Positions 18,705 through 29,846 of a stretch of 64,000 bases of DNA are shown here, piece after piece. The notes under the pieces were generated by a model. That model was given only the letters and a program-made list of their open reading frames with translations. It was not told the DNA's origin and did not search any database. The number at the start of each line of letters is the position of its first letter. Positions within the stretch are counted from its first letter, which is position 1. The DNA comes from Escherichia coli (GTDB lineage: Bacteria > Pseudomonadota > Gammaproteobacteria > Enterobacterales > Enterobacteriaceae): NCBI RefSeq assembly GCF_024502345.1, contig NZ_JALDNN010000001.1; one strand, given 5' to 3'. Made by a program: the position numbers and the translations under genes.

Positions 18705-20336
18705 ATGAGACATTCATTGCCCTACCGCATGTTACGCAAACGTCCGATGAAATTGAGTACCACTGTGATCTTAATGGTCAGCGCGGTACTGTTCTCGGTG
18801 CTATTGGTGGTGCATCTGATTTACTTCTCGCAAATCAGTGATATGACGCGAGACGGGCTAGCCAACAAGGCACTGGCAGTGGCGCGTACTCTCGCCGACT
18901 CGCCGGAAATCCGTCAGGGCTTGCAGAAAAAACCGCAGGAGAGTGGCATCCAGGCCATCGCGGAAGCCGTGCGCAAACGCAACGATCTGCTGTTTATTGT
19001 CGTTACCGATATGCAAAGTCTTCGCTACTCGCATCCTGAAGCCCAGCGTATTGGTCAGCCATTTAAAGGTGATGACATCCTTAAAGCGCTGAATGGCGAA
19101 GAAAATGTCGCTATCAATCGCGGTTTTCTGGCGCAAGCTTTACGCGTATTTACTCCCATCTACGATGAAAATCATAAACAAATTGGCGTGGTGGCGATCG
19201 GCCTTGAGTTAAGCCGCGTGACCCAACAGATCAATGACAGTCGCTGGAGCATTATCTGGTCAGTATTATTTGGCATGCTGGTCGGACTGATTGGCACCTG
19301 CATTCTGGTTAAAGTACTGAAAAAAATCCTTTTCGGCCTGGAACCCTACGAAATCTCCACGCTGTTTGAGCAACGCCAGGCCATGTTGCAGTCTATCAAA
19401 GAAGGCGTCGTTGCCGTGGACGATCGCGGCGAGGTCACGCTGATCAACGATGCCGCACAAGAATTGCTGAATTACCGTAAGTCGCAGGACGATGAGAAAC
19501 TGTCGACGCTCAGCCACTCATGGTCACAGGTGGTAGATGTCTCGGAAGTGTTACGCGACGGTACGCCGCGCCGCGACGAAGAGATTACGATTAAAGACCG
19601 GCTATTACTGATCAACACCGTTCCGGTGCGCAGTAATGGCGTTATCATCGGTGCCATTTCAACCTTCAGGGACAAAACTGAAGTTCGTAAACTGATGCAG
19701 CGACTCGACGGTCTGGTCAACTATGCTGATGCACTTCGTGAACGATCCCACGAATTTATGAATAAATTGCATGTGATTCTCGGATTATTGCATCTGAAGA
19801 GTTATAAGCAGTTGGAAGATTACATTCTCAAAACAGCCAATAACTATCAGGAAGAGATTGGCTCTATGCTGGGTAAGATCAAATCTCCGGTTATCGCTGG
19901 TTTTTTAATCAGCAAGATTAACCGCGCGACCGATTTAGGCCATACGCTGATTTTAAACAGTGAAAGCCAGCTGCCAGACAGCGGCAGTGAGGACCAGGTC
20001 GCGACGCTGATTACCACATTGGGAAATCTGATAGAAAACGCGCTGGAAGCATTAGGGCCGGAACCCGGTGGCGAAATTAGCGTAACATTGCACTACCGTC
20101 ACGGCTGGCTGCACTGCGAAGTTAACGATGATGGACCGGGGATCGCACCCGACAAAATCGATCACATTTTTGACAAAGGTGTCTCGACAAAAGGAAGCGA
20201 GCGAGGCGTCGGTTTAGCACTTGTCAAACAACAGGTAGAAAATCTCGGCGGCAGCATCGCCGTGGAATCGGAACCCGGGATTTTCACACAATTTTTTGTC
20301 CAGATACCCTGGGACGGGGAGAGGTCGAACAGATGA
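18705..20336 (+). CDS. dcuS: C4-dicarboxylate sensor histidine kinase DcuS
   Basis: 543-aa ORF recognised as DcuS; 4-bp overlap with dcuR. Confidence 0.95.
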   Translation: MRHSLPYRMLRKRPMKLSTTVILMVSAVLFSVLLVVHLIYFSQISDMTRDGLANKALAVARTLADSPEIRQGLQKKPQESGIQAIAEAVRKRNDLLFIVVTDMQSLRYSHPEAQRIGQPFKGDDILKALNGEENVAINRGFLAQALRVFTPIYDENHKQIGVVAIGLELSRVTQQINDSRWSIIWSVLFGMLVGLIGTCILVKVLKKILFGLEPYEISTLFEQRQAMLQSIKEGVVAVDDRGEVTLINDAAQELLNYRKSQDDEKLSTLSHSWSQVVDVSEVLRDGTPRRDEEITIKDRLLLINTVPVRSNGVIIGAISTFRDKTEVRKLMQRLDGLVNYADALRERSHEFMNKLHVILGLLHLKSYKQLEDYILKTANNYQEEIGSMLGKIKSPVIAGFLISKINRATDLGHTLILNSESQLPDSGSEDQVATLITTLGNLIENALEALGPEPGGEISVTLHYRHGWLHCEVNDDGPGIAPDKIDHIFDKGVSTKGSERGVGLALVKQQVENLGGSIAVESEPGIFTQFFVQIPWDGERSNR

Positions 20337-21052
20337 TCAATGTATTAATTATCGATGACGACGCAATGGTCGCGGAGCTGAATCGCCGATACGTAGCACA
20401 AATCCCAGGCTTTCAATGCTGTGGAACAGCCTCGACGCTGGAGAAAGCCAAAGAGATTATCTTCAATAGCGATACGCCTATCGACCTGATATTGCTCGAT
20501 ATCTATATGCAAAAAGAGAACGGGCTCGATTTACTGCCTGTCCTGCATAACGCGCGTTGCAAAAGTGATGTGATTGTCATCTCCTCCGCAGCCGATGCGG
20601 CAACCATTAAAGATTCGCTGCATTACGGTGTCGTGGATTACCTGATCAAACCCTTCCAGGCTTCCCGCTTTGAAGAGGCGCTCACCGGCTGGCGGCAAAA
20701 GAAAATGGCGCTGGAAAAACATCAGTATTATGACCAGGCCGAGCTTGATCAGTTAATCCACGGCAGCAGCTCCAACGAGCAGGATCCTCGTCGCTTGCCA
20801 AAAGGCTTAACGCCGCAGACGTTACGCACGCTGTGCCAGTGGATTGACGCGCATCAGGACTATGAGTTTTCAACCGACGAGCTGGCTAACGAGGTTAACA
20901 TCTCGCGTGTTTCCTGCCGTAAATACCTCATCTGGCTGGTCAACTGCCACATCTTGTTCACCAGTATCCATTATGGCGTCACGGGGCGTCCGGTTTACCG
21001 TTACCGTATTCAGGCAGAACACTACTCACTGCTGAAACAATATTGCCAATAA
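20333..21052 (+). CDS. dcuR: Response regulator DcuR
   Basis: 239-aa receiver + HTH protein, translationally coupled to dcuS. Confidence 0.95.
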   Translation: MINVLIIDDDAMVAELNRRYVAQIPGFQCCGTASTLEKAKEIIFNSDTPIDLILLDIYMQKENGLDLLPVLHNARCKSDVIVISSAADAATIKDSLHYGVVDYLIKPFQASRFEEALTGWRQKKMALEKHQYYDQAELDQLIHGSSSNEQDPRRLPKGLTPQTLRTLCQWIDAHQDYEFSTDELANEVNISRVSCRKYLIWLVNCHILFTSIHYGVTGRPVYRYRIQAEHYSLLKQYCQ

Positions 21053-21622
21053 CGGATCGCTGGTTATCTGTAAGTAATAATTATTACCGTAATGCAAAAT
21101 ATCCCTGGCACAAGTTACATCCTTCATCAGTAAAACTTGTGCCAGATCAAATATAATTATCCCTCCATCATCGTTAAAAATTAATATCTCTTCAGATGAA
21201 CGGTGTTTTTAATTTCAAAACGCTAACAAAAGTTAATTAACTATTATGTCACCCGCATTATGTGTATTTTTACCCACAAATGGGTAGATCAGATTAATCT
21301 TTAAACCTAATGATATCTGCCCTGAGAACAAAAAATAGACCGATAAATATCAATAAGATAACAGCAAACAAAACATTAACATCTGCGCAGTACAAACTAT
21401 AAACCCATCGCCAGAGAGTTTTTCTCTCTGAAAAAGCCGCTTATCACAGTGCATAAATTTGCCGCTGCTTTAATCAGCCAATATTTACTGTGAGGTATTT
21501 GCTAAAGCCGGTAACGACCAAACGGATATTTAGTCAGGCTCTGAAAACAGTTCATACAAAACAGAACGTGACTGTGATCTATTCAGCAAAAATTTAAATA
21601 GGATTATCGCGAGGGTTCACAC

Positions 21623-22963
21623 ATGTTATTTACTATCCAACTTATCATAATACTGATATGTCTGTTTTATGGTGCCAGAAAGGGTGGTATCGCGCTGGGT
21701 TTATTAGGCGGTATCGGTCTGGTCATTCTGGTCTTCGTCTTCCACCTTCAGCCAGGTAAACCACCGGTTGATGTCATGCTGGTTATCATTGCGGTGGTGG
21801 CGGCATCGGCGACCTTGCAAGCTTCGGGCGGTCTTGATGTCATGCTGCAAATTGCCGAGAAGTTGCTGCGCCGCAACCCGAAATATGTCTCAATTGTCGC
21901 GCCGTTTGTGACCTGTACGCTGACCATTCTTTGCGGTACGGGTCATGTGGTTTACACCATTCTGCCGATCATCTACGACGTCGCCATTAAGAACAACATC
22001 CGTCCGGAACGTCCGATGGCGGCAAGTTCTATCGGTGCACAGATGGGGATTATCGCCAGTCCGGTGTCGGTTGCGGTCGTGTCTCTGGTTGCAATGCTGG
22101 GTAATGTCACCTTTGATGGTCGCCATCTTGAGTTCCTCGACCTGCTGGCAATCACCATTCCATCGACGTTAATCGGTATCCTGGCGATCGGTATCTTCAG
22201 CTGGTTCCGCGGTAAAGATCTGGATAAAGACGAAGAGTTCCAGAAATTCATCTCAGTACCGGAAAACCGTGAGTATGTTTACGGTGATACCGCGACGCTG
22301 CTCGATAAAAAACTGCCGAAAAGCAACTGGCTGGCAATGTGGATTTTCCTCGGTGCAATCGCTGTAGTCGCACTTCTTGGTGCTGATTCGGACCTGCGTC
22401 CATCCTTCGGCGGCAAACCGCTGTCGATGGTACTGGTTATTCAGATGTTTATGCTGCTGACCGGGGCGCTGATTATTATCCTGACCAAAACCAATCCCGC
22501 GTCTATCTCAAAAAACGAAGTCTTCCGTTCCGGTATGATCGCCATCGTGGCGGTGTACGGTATCGCATGGATGGCAGAAACCATGTTCGGTGCGCATATG
22601 TCTGAAATTCAGGGCGTACTGGGTGAAATGGTGAAAGAGTATCCGTGGGCCTATGCCATTGTTCTGCTGCTGGTTTCCAAGTTTGTAAACTCTCAGGCTG
22701 CGGCGCTGGCGGCGATTGTTCCGGTCGCGCTGGCGATCGGCGTTGATCCGGCATACATCGTGGCTTCAGCACCGGCTTGCTACGGTTATTACATCCTGCC
22801 GACTTATCCGAGCGATCTGGCAGCGATTCAGTTTGACCGTTCCGGCACCACCCACATCGGTCGCTTCGTCATCAACCACAGTTTTATTCTGCCGGGGTTG
22901 ATTGGTGTGAGCGTATCGTGCGTCTTCGGCTGGATCTTCGCCGCGATGTACGGGTTCTTATAA
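21623..22963 (+). CDS. dcuB: Anaerobic C4-dicarboxylate transporter DcuB
   Basis: 446-aa polytopic membrane ORF downstream of dcuSR. Confidence 0.95.
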
Positions 22964-23040
22964 ATGCACTTTGCGTGCCGCCCGTGACTACGCGGCACGC
23001 CATTTTCGAATAACAAATACAGAGTTACAGGCTGGAAGCT

Positions 23041-24687
23041 ATGTCAAACAAACCCTTTATCTACCAGGCACCTTTCCCGATGGGGAAAGACAATACCGAA
23101 TACTATCTACTCACTTCCGATTACGTTAGCGTTGCCGACTTCAACGGCGAAACAATCCTGAAAGTGGAACCAGAAGCCCTGACTCTGCTGGCGCAGCAAG
23201 CCTTTCACGACGCTTCTTTCATGCTCCGCCCGGCACACCAGAAACAGGTTGCGGCTATTCTTCACGATCCAGAAGCCAGCGAAAACGACAAGTACGTGGC
23301 GCTGCAATTCTTAAGAAACTCCGAAATCGCCGCCAAAGGCGTGCTGCCGACCTGCCAGGATACCGGCACCGCGATCATCGTCGGTAAAAAAGGCCAGCGC
23401 GTGTGGACCGGTGGCGGTGATGAAGAAGCGCTGTCGAAAGGCGTCTATAACACCTATATCGAGGATAACCTGCGCTACTCGCAAAACGCGGCGCTGGACA
23501 TGTACAAAGAGGTCAACACCGGCACTAACCTGCCTGCACAAATCGACCTGTACGCGGTAGATGGCGATGAGTACAAATTCCTTTGCGTTGCGAAAGGCGG
23601 CGGCTCTGCCAACAAAACCTATCTCTACCAGGAAACCAAAGCCCTGCTGACTCCCGGCAAACTGAAAAACTTCCTCGTCGAGAAAATGCGTACCCTCGGT
23701 ACTGCAGCCTGCCCGCCGTACCATATCGCGTTTGTGATTGGCGGTACGTCTGCGGAAACCAACCTGAAAACCGTTAAGTTAGCAAGCGCTCACTATTACG
23801 ATGAACTGCCGACGGAAGGGAACGAACATGGTCAGGCGTTCCGCGATGTCCAGCTGGAACAGGAACTGCTGGAAGAGGCCCAGAAACTCGGTCTTGGCGC
23901 GCAGTTTGGCGGTAAATACTTCGCGCACGACATTCGCGTTATCCGTCTGCCACGTCACGGCGCATCCTGCCCGGTCGGCATGGGCGTCTCCTGCTCCGCT
24001 GACCGTAACATTAAGGCGAAAATCAACCGCGAAGGTATCTGGATCGAAAAACTGGAACACAATCCAGGTCAGTACATTCCACAAGAACTGCGCCAGGCCG
24101 GTGAAGGCGAAGCGGTGAAGGTCGACCTTAACCGCCCGATGAAAGAGATCCTCGCCCAGCTTTCGCAATATCCGGTTTCCACTCGTTTGTCGCTCACCGG
24201 CACCATTATTGTGGGTCGAGATATTGCACACGCCAAGCTGAAAGAGCTGATTGACGCCGGTAAAGAACTTCCGCAGTACATCAAAGATCACCCGATCTAC
24301 TACGCGGGTCCGGCGAAAACGCCTGCCGGTTATCCATCAGGTTCACTTGGCCCAACCACCGCAGGTCGTATGGACTCCTATGTGGATCTGCTGCAATCCC
24401 ACGGCGGCAGCATGATCATGCTAGCGAAAGGTAACCGCAGTCAGCAGGTTACCGACGCGTGTCATAAACACGGCGGCTTCTACCTCGGTAGCATCGGCGG
24501 TCCGGCGGCGGTACTGGCGCAGCAGAGCATCAAGCATCTGGAATGCGTCGCTTATCCGGAGCTGGGTATGGAAGCTATCTGGAAAATCGAAGTAGAAGAT
24601 TTCCCGGCGTTTATCCTGGTCGATGACAAAGGTAACGACTTCTTCCAGCAAATCGTCAACAAACAGTGCGCGAACTGCACTAAGTAA
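23041..24687 (+). CDS. fumB: Fumarate hydratase class I, anaerobic (FumB)
   Basis: 548-aa ORF beginning [31 protein letters not shown]; position after dcuB. Confidence 0.95.
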   Translation: MSNKPFIYQAPFPMGKDNTEYYLLTSDYVSVADFNGETILKVEPEALTLLAQQAFHDASFMLRPAHQKQVAAILHDPEASENDKYVALQFLRNSEIAAKGVLPTCQDTGTAIIVGKKGQRVWTGGGDEEALSKGVYNTYIEDNLRYSQNAALDMYKEVNTGTNLPAQIDLYAVDGDEYKFLCVAKGGGSANKTYLYQETKALLTPGKLKNFLVEKMRTLGTAACPPYHIAFVIGGTSAETNLKTVKLASAHYYDELPTEGNEHGQAFRDVQLEQELLEEAQKLGLGAQFGGKYFAHDIRVIRLPRHGASCPVGMGVSCSADRNIKAKINREGIWIEKLEHNPGQYIPQELRQAGEGEAVKVDLNRPMKEILAQLSQYPVSTRLSLTGTIIVGRDIAHAKLKELIDAGKELPQYIKDHPIYYAGPAKTPAGYPSGSLGPTTAGRMDSYVDLLQSHGGSMIMLAKGNRSQQVTDACHKHGGFYLGSIGGPAAVLAQQSIKHLECVAYPELGMEAIWKIEVEDFPAFILVDDKGNDFFQQIVNKQCANCTK

Positions 24688-24809
24688 CCTCTTCGGCCCA
24701 GCGCCTGGCAGCATGCTGCCAGGTGATCCCCCTGGGCCACCTCTTTTGCGATTGTAATTTCACGCTTGCTGGTGAATAGTCAGTATTTTCCCTGACTTGC
24801 GAACTCACC

Positions 24810-25439
24810 ATGACCCGCACACTCAAGCCGTTAATTCTTAACACCGGCGCACTGGCGCTAACGTTAATCCTCATTTATACCGGCATTTCGGCCCATGACA
24901 AACTCACCTGGCTGATGGAAGTGACACCGGTGATTATTGTCATGCCGCTACTGCTTGCCACCGCGAAACGTTATCCGTTAACGCCGCTGCTCTATACGCT
25001 CATTTTCTTTCACGCCATCATCCTGATGGTCGGCGGACAATACACCTACGCGAAAGTCCCCGTTGGTTTTGAGGTGCAGGAATGGCTGGGGTTGAGCCGT
25101 AATCCGTATGACAAGCTGGGGCATTTTTTCCAGGGGCTGGTGCCTGCACTGGTGGCACGAGAGATCCTTGTGCGCGGGATGTACGTGCGCGGACGTAAAA
25201 TGGTGGCGTTTCTGGTCTGCTGCGTGGCGCTGGCGATAAGCGCGATGTATGAATTAATCGAGTGGTGGGCGGCGCTGGCAATGGGCCAGGGAGCGGATGA
25301 TTTTCTCGGCACCCAGGGCGACCAGTGGGACACGCAATCCGATATGTTCTGCGCGCTACTTGGCGCATTAACGACGGTGATATTCCTCGCTCGCTTTCAT
25401 TGCCGCCAGCTACGGCGCTTTGGCTTAATAACCGGATAA
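24810..25439 (+). CDS. yjdF: Inner membrane protein YjdF
   Basis: 209-aa multi-TM ORF between fumB and melB, as in K-12. Confidence 0.85.
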   Translation: MTRTLKPLILNTGALALTLILIYTGISAHDKLTWLMEVTPVIIVMPLLLATAKRYPLTPLLYTLIFFHAIILMVGGQYTYAKVPVGFEVQEWLGLSRNPYDKLGHFFQGLVPALVAREILVRGMYVRGRKMVAFLVCCVALAISAMYELIEWWAALAMGQGADDFLGTQGDQWDTQSDMFCALLGALTTVIFLARFHCRQLRRFGLITG

Positions 25440-25454
25440 CAACGTGCACTTTGT

Positions 25455-25557
25455 TGATGCCGGATGCGGCGTGAATTCCTTATCCGGTCTACAAAATTTG
25501 CAAATCCAAAGCATTCCATTAAGACGTGGCCTGATAAACATATCGCATCAGGCCATT
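25455..25557. repeat. REP (repetitive extragenic palindromic) elements
   Basis: gatgccggatgcggcgtgaa...ttatccggtctac and gacgtggcctgataaacatatcgcatcaggcc motifs between convergent yjdF and melB. Confidence 0.7.
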
Positions 25558-25577
25558 TTCGTTAGCTATTGTCCACG

Positions 25578-26999
25578 TCAGGCTTTCACATCACTCACTG
25601 CACCGACCGGAATATCAGCATGAACAAGCTCGGGCGGTACTTTGCGATATTTATCCAGCAGATGAATCTGGATCCTGCGCAGCGTGTCGCCATTGAGGCG
25701 ATAGAAACGGAAGTAGAGAATCAGCGTTACCATGAAAAACAGAGTCGGTAGAGCAATCATAATAAACTGCATACCTAATAGGGCTTGCGTAGACTGTTCA
25801 ACATTCGGTACATAGCCAATCATCCCTAACACAACCGCAATGAAAAAAGCCGCAAAGGCTGAACCGCCCTTCACCACCATAGTCTGCACGGAGTAAGCGA
25901 TGCTTTCACAGCGTACGTGCAGTTTATATTCACCGTAATCAACGGTATCTGCCACCATGATGACCTGTAATACCCAGAAAAGCGCCGTTCCCACATTCAG
26001 CAAAATACCCGCAATCACAATGAGGACGACGTTGTGATAGCTCATTAATGCCATTAACAGGAGAACACCACAGCTTAACACCGGAAGAATAGATGCTCCG
26101 GCCCATAAAATGCGTCGGGATAATGATTTAACTAAGCGTGGGAAGAATACTAACGTCACCAGGTTAGCAGCTCCCGCATACGACAGATAATAGGGGAACA
26201 AATCCGCATCACCGATAACATATGAGAAATAATAGATAGCAAAGCCGGTAATAATGTTGCTGGCTACATTATAAGCAAGAGCCATACCCAAGAGGCATGA
26301 AAGCTGATCGTTTTTATAAATAAGCGCAACGATGGCTTTAAGTGTCAGATGGCTTCCTTCAGCAGACGGTTGATTGTCTGACGAAAAGACTTCATGCACA
26401 TTGCGCAGAGTGATGATGGTTGAAACAATAAAAAAGGCGATCAGTACCAGTGTGAACATCTGAAAGCCAAATCCCCGATCGCCACCGCCGACATAATTAA
26501 CAAATGGTAGCGTCACACCTGCCGTAACAAAGCCCGCCAGACTGGCAAAAAAACGCGGATAAGGAACCAGTTGTTCACGCTCACGTTTATCGAGCGTGAT
26601 GGTTGGAACCAGCGACCAGAAGGGAATATCCATAATGGTGTAAGTCATGCCCCAGAGGATGTAGGTCACGCAAACAAAGACAATCTGAGTAGTACCTTCA
26701 AACAGATGCGCACTAAAGAGGAGAAATAAGATTACAGAGTTTGCCAACGTACCGATCAGGATCCAGGGTTTGAACTTACCCCATCGCGATCGCGTAGCAT
26801 TTACAATCCATCCCATAATCGGATCGTTAATAGCATCCCAGATCCTCGCCACCAGAAACAAAGTACCGACCAAACCCACAGACAGCCCGACGACATCGGT
26901 GTAGTAATACATGAGGTACATATACACAATGCCGATCGCAAAATCCTTCCCGAACGCTCCAAATCCATAACTGAGTTTTGTAGTCATTGAAATGCTCAT
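25578..26999 (-). CDS. melB: Melibiose:Na+ symporter MelB
   Basis: ORF recognised as MelB from [35 protein letters not shown]; start placed at that Met. Confidence 0.95.
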   Translation of the reverse strand: MSISMTTKLSYGFGAFGKDFAIGIVYMYLMYYYTDVVGLSVGLVGTLFLVARIWDAINDPIMGWIVNATRSRWGKFKPWILIGTLANSVILFLLFSAHLFEGTTQIVFVCVTYILWGMTYTIMDIPFWSLVPTITLDKREREQLVPYPRFFASLAGFVTAGVTLPFVNYVGGGDRGFGFQMFTLVLIAFFIVSTIITLRNVHEVFSSDNQPSAEGSHLTLKAIVALIYKNDQLSCLLGMALAYNVASNIITGFAIYYFSYVIGDADLFPYYLSYAGAANLVTLVFFPRLVKSLSRRILWAGASILPVLSCGVLLLMALMSYHNVVLIVIAGILLNVGTALFWVLQVIMVADTVDYGEYKLHVRCESIAYSVQTMVVKGGSAFAAFFIAVVLGMIGYVPNVEQSTQALLGMQFIMIALPTLFFMVTLILYFRFYRLNGDTLRRIQIHLLDKYRKVPPELVHADIPVGAVSDVKA

Positions 27000-27101
27000 A
27001 GGGTATCGGGTCGCTGTTACCAACGCCCGCCTTCTGTTATTGGTATCGTCAGAGGTGTGCGCCGGAATAAATCCCCCGGCGCAGTAGCGTTTAGTCGCGT
27101 T

Positions 27102-28457
27102 TTAACGGTGCAACCAGCCTGGCAGCCAGTCGCCGTGGGCGGCAATCAGGTCGTCAACAAGAGCATATATTTCGTCAATGCCCAGCACGGCGGCAGTATG
27201 CGGGTCCATCATCGCGGCGTGGTAAACACGGTCGCGATTTTCCGTAAGAATAGCTTCGGTCAGCAGCGTCTGTACGTTAATGTTGGTTTGCATCAGGGCG
27301 GCCAGATGCGAAGGTAGCGTACCGACTTTGGTCGGCTGAATGCCATTAGCATCAACCAGACAGGCTACTTCCACGCAACATCCTTGTGGCAGGTTATCAA
27401 TCAAACCATCGTTACGGACGTTGCCGTAAATCACACTCGGCTCGCCCGTCCAGATAGCGTTCATGATTGTGCTGGCATATTCCCGTGACGGTTTAATATC
27501 AATCCGGGAGGCGTTTTTATACTCCTCCAGCTCTTTATGCCAGTTCGCCAGCTGCTCGACGCAGCGTTTCGGGTACTCATCCAGCGGTACTTTATAACGC
27601 TCAATCAAATCCTCACGACCTGGCTTAATAAACCACGGTGTGTACTCAGCAAAATGTTCTGACGATTCCGTGACGAAATAGCCCAGCTTTTTGAACATTT
27701 CGTAGCGCACAATATTCTGGCAGCGAGTATTGCCATGAATATTCGGCTTCGGTGCCTGCCCTGCGTCATAAGCCGCCAGCAGTTCCGGGTAGAGATTCAC
27801 GTAACTGCCGTCGGCGGTTTTGCGCTCCAGCTCCAGGTAAAACGCCATATGGTTGATACCTGCGCAACGGTAACGCAGCGTAGCCGGGTCGATATTGAGG
27901 TCACGCGCCAGCTCTTCCGCCGTTCCCTGCACCGAATGGCACAGCCCGACCTGTTTGATATGCGGATAGCGGGCATACATCGCCCAGGTATTCATCGCCA
28001 TTGGGTTAACATAGTTGAGCATGGTGGCATCGGGGCAGACTTCCGTCATGTCCTCGCAAATTTGCCACAGATGCGGAATGGTACGTAGCGCGCGCATAAT
28101 ACCGCCCGGCCCCAACGTATCGGCAATGGTTTGTTCCAGACCATGCCGCTTACAGACCTCGAAATCAGTCACCGTGCAAGGTTCATAACCGCCAATCTGA
28201 AATGCCACCACGACAAAATCGGCATCCTCTAAGGCTTCTTTCTGTTGGGTGTGGCAGGTGATTTTGCCGCTGGCCCCTGCTGAATCCATCAGCTTACGCA
28301 CCACAATATGCGACTCTTCCAGGCGGGTGGGGTCAATGTCCATCAGGGCAATATGCGCCGTTTTCAGCGCCTCGCGATGGAACACATCACCAAGAATATT
28401 TTTAACGAAAATCGTCGAACCAGCGCCGATAAATGTAATTTTGGGTGCAGACATCAT
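27102..28457 (-). CDS. melA: Alpha-galactosidase MelA
   Basis: 451-aa ORF with N-terminal Rossmann motif FIGAGSTIF; upstream of melB. Confidence 0.95.
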   Translation of the reverse strand: MMSAPKITFIGAGSTIFVKNILGDVFHREALKTAHIALMDIDPTRLEESHIVVRKLMDSAGASGKITCHTQQKEALEDADFVVVAFQIGGYEPCTVTDFEVCKRHGLEQTIADTLGPGGIMRALRTIPHLWQICEDMTEVCPDATMLNYVNPMAMNTWAMYARYPHIKQVGLCHSVQGTAEELARDLNIDPATLRYRCAGINHMAFYLELERKTADGSYVNLYPELLAAYDAGQAPKPNIHGNTRCQNIVRYEMFKKLGYFVTESSEHFAEYTPWFIKPGREDLIERYKVPLDEYPKRCVEQLANWHKELEEYKNASRIDIKPSREYASTIMNAIWTGEPSVIYGNVRNDGLIDNLPQGCCVEVACLVDANGIQPTKVGTLPSHLAALMQTNINVQTLLTEAILTENRDRVYHAAMMDPHTAAVLGIDEIYALVDDLIAAHGDWLPGWLHR

Positions 28458-28739
28458 GCAGATCTCCTGGCTTGCTTGAATAACTTCATCATGGCAGGCG
28501 AATCTGCAGAAAACCTCCGGCTTCCAGGTTGAGCATTCCCATAAACTCAGATCCTGCGTGAAGCAGCAGTAAATCTGAGTTTATGGGAATAATTTACCTG
28601 AAAAGCAGAGTTTTCGGCCTCATGATGCTCGGACACTCCCCTCGCCCCTCTGGGAAGAGGGTGAAAACCGTGCTCCCACTCGCAGTCATCCTCCCTCACT
28701 CCTGCCATAATTCTGATATTCCAGGAAAGAGAGCCATCC

Positions 28740-29648
28740 ATGAATACAGATACGTTTATGTGCAGCAGCGACGAAAAACAGACCCGCAGCCCGCTGTCGC
28801 TGTATTCGGAATACCAGCGGATGGAGATTGAGTTTCGCGCACCGCATATCATGCCCACCAGCCACTGGCATGGTCAGGTCGAAGTGAATGTGCCTTTCGA
28901 TGGCGATGTGGAATACCTGATCAACAATGAAAAAGTGAATATCAATCAGGGTCATATCACGCTGTTCTGGGCCTGTACACCGCACCAACTAACAGATACC
29001 GGAACCTGTCAGAGCATGGCGATTTTTAATCTGCCGATGCATCTGTTTCTCTCCTGGCCGCTGGATAAAGACCTGATTAACCACGTCACTCACGGCATGG
29101 TGATCAAATCACTGGCCACACAGCAACTTAGCCCGTTTGAAGTGCGCCGCTGGCAGCAGGAATTAAACAGTCCGAACGAGCAAATTCGCCAGCTCGCCAT
29201 TGATGAAATTGGCCTGATGCTCAAGCGATTTAGCCTCTCTGGCTGGGAACCGATTCTGGTCAATAAAACCTCGCGCACACACAAAAACAGCGTCTCGCGC
29301 CATGCGCAATTTTATGTTAGCCAGATGCTGGGCTTTATTGCCGAAAACTATGATCAGGCGCTGACCATCAACGATGTGGCTGAGCACGTCAAACTTAACG
29401 CCAACTATGCAATGGGGATATTCCAGCGGGTCATGCAATTGACGATGAAACAGTACATTACCGCGATGCGCATCAACCACGTTCGCGCGTTACTGAGCGA
29501 TACCGATAAAAGTATTCTCGATATTGCCCTGACGGCAGGCTTTCGTTCAAGTAGTCGTTTTTACAGCACGTTCGGCAAATATGTCGGCATGTCGCCGCAA
29601 CAATACCGCAAACTTAGCCAACAGCGCCGCCAGACGTTTCCCGGCTAA
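28740..29648 (+). CDS. melR: Melibiose operon regulator MelR (AraC family)
   Basis: 302-aa ORF with C-terminal AraC-type HTH, divergent from melAB. Confidence 0.95.
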   Translation: MNTDTFMCSSDEKQTRSPLSLYSEYQRMEIEFRAPHIMPTSHWHGQVEVNVPFDGDVEYLINNEKVNINQGHITLFWACTPHQLTDTGTCQSMAIFNLPMHLFLSWPLDKDLINHVTHGMVIKSLATQQLSPFEVRRWQQELNSPNEQIRQLAIDEIGLMLKRFSLSGWEPILVNKTSRTHKNSVSRHAQFYVSQMLGFIAENYDQALTINDVAEHVKLNANYAMGIFQRVMQLTMKQYITAMRINHVRALLSDTDKSILDIALTAGFRSSSRFYSTFGKYVGMSPQQYRKLSQQRRQTFPG

Positions 29649-29846
29649 AGACGATATCAGTATCAGCCAAAAAAATAGTTTAGCCGTCGATAATAAGCAG
29701 TGAAAATAATTTAAAATAATCACATAACGCATTGTTTATAAAAATAAATATTTCAAAAATGTTTGTTTTTCACGCGCTTTACAGCCCGAAAAGGCCGGAA
29801 GATACTTGCCCGCAACGAAGATTCCTTCATAACCGGGTAAGCAATG

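Noticed and set aside
21137-21150. Candidate FNR/CRP-like half-site (TTGTGccagATCAA) upstream of dcuB
   Set aside because: Only a partial match to either consensus; cannot be assigned confidently without alignment to characterised dcuB promoter sites
24704-24723. Hairpin cctggcagc atg ctgccagg downstream of fumB as a terminator
   Set aside because: No following T-tract, so not a convincing intrinsic terminator
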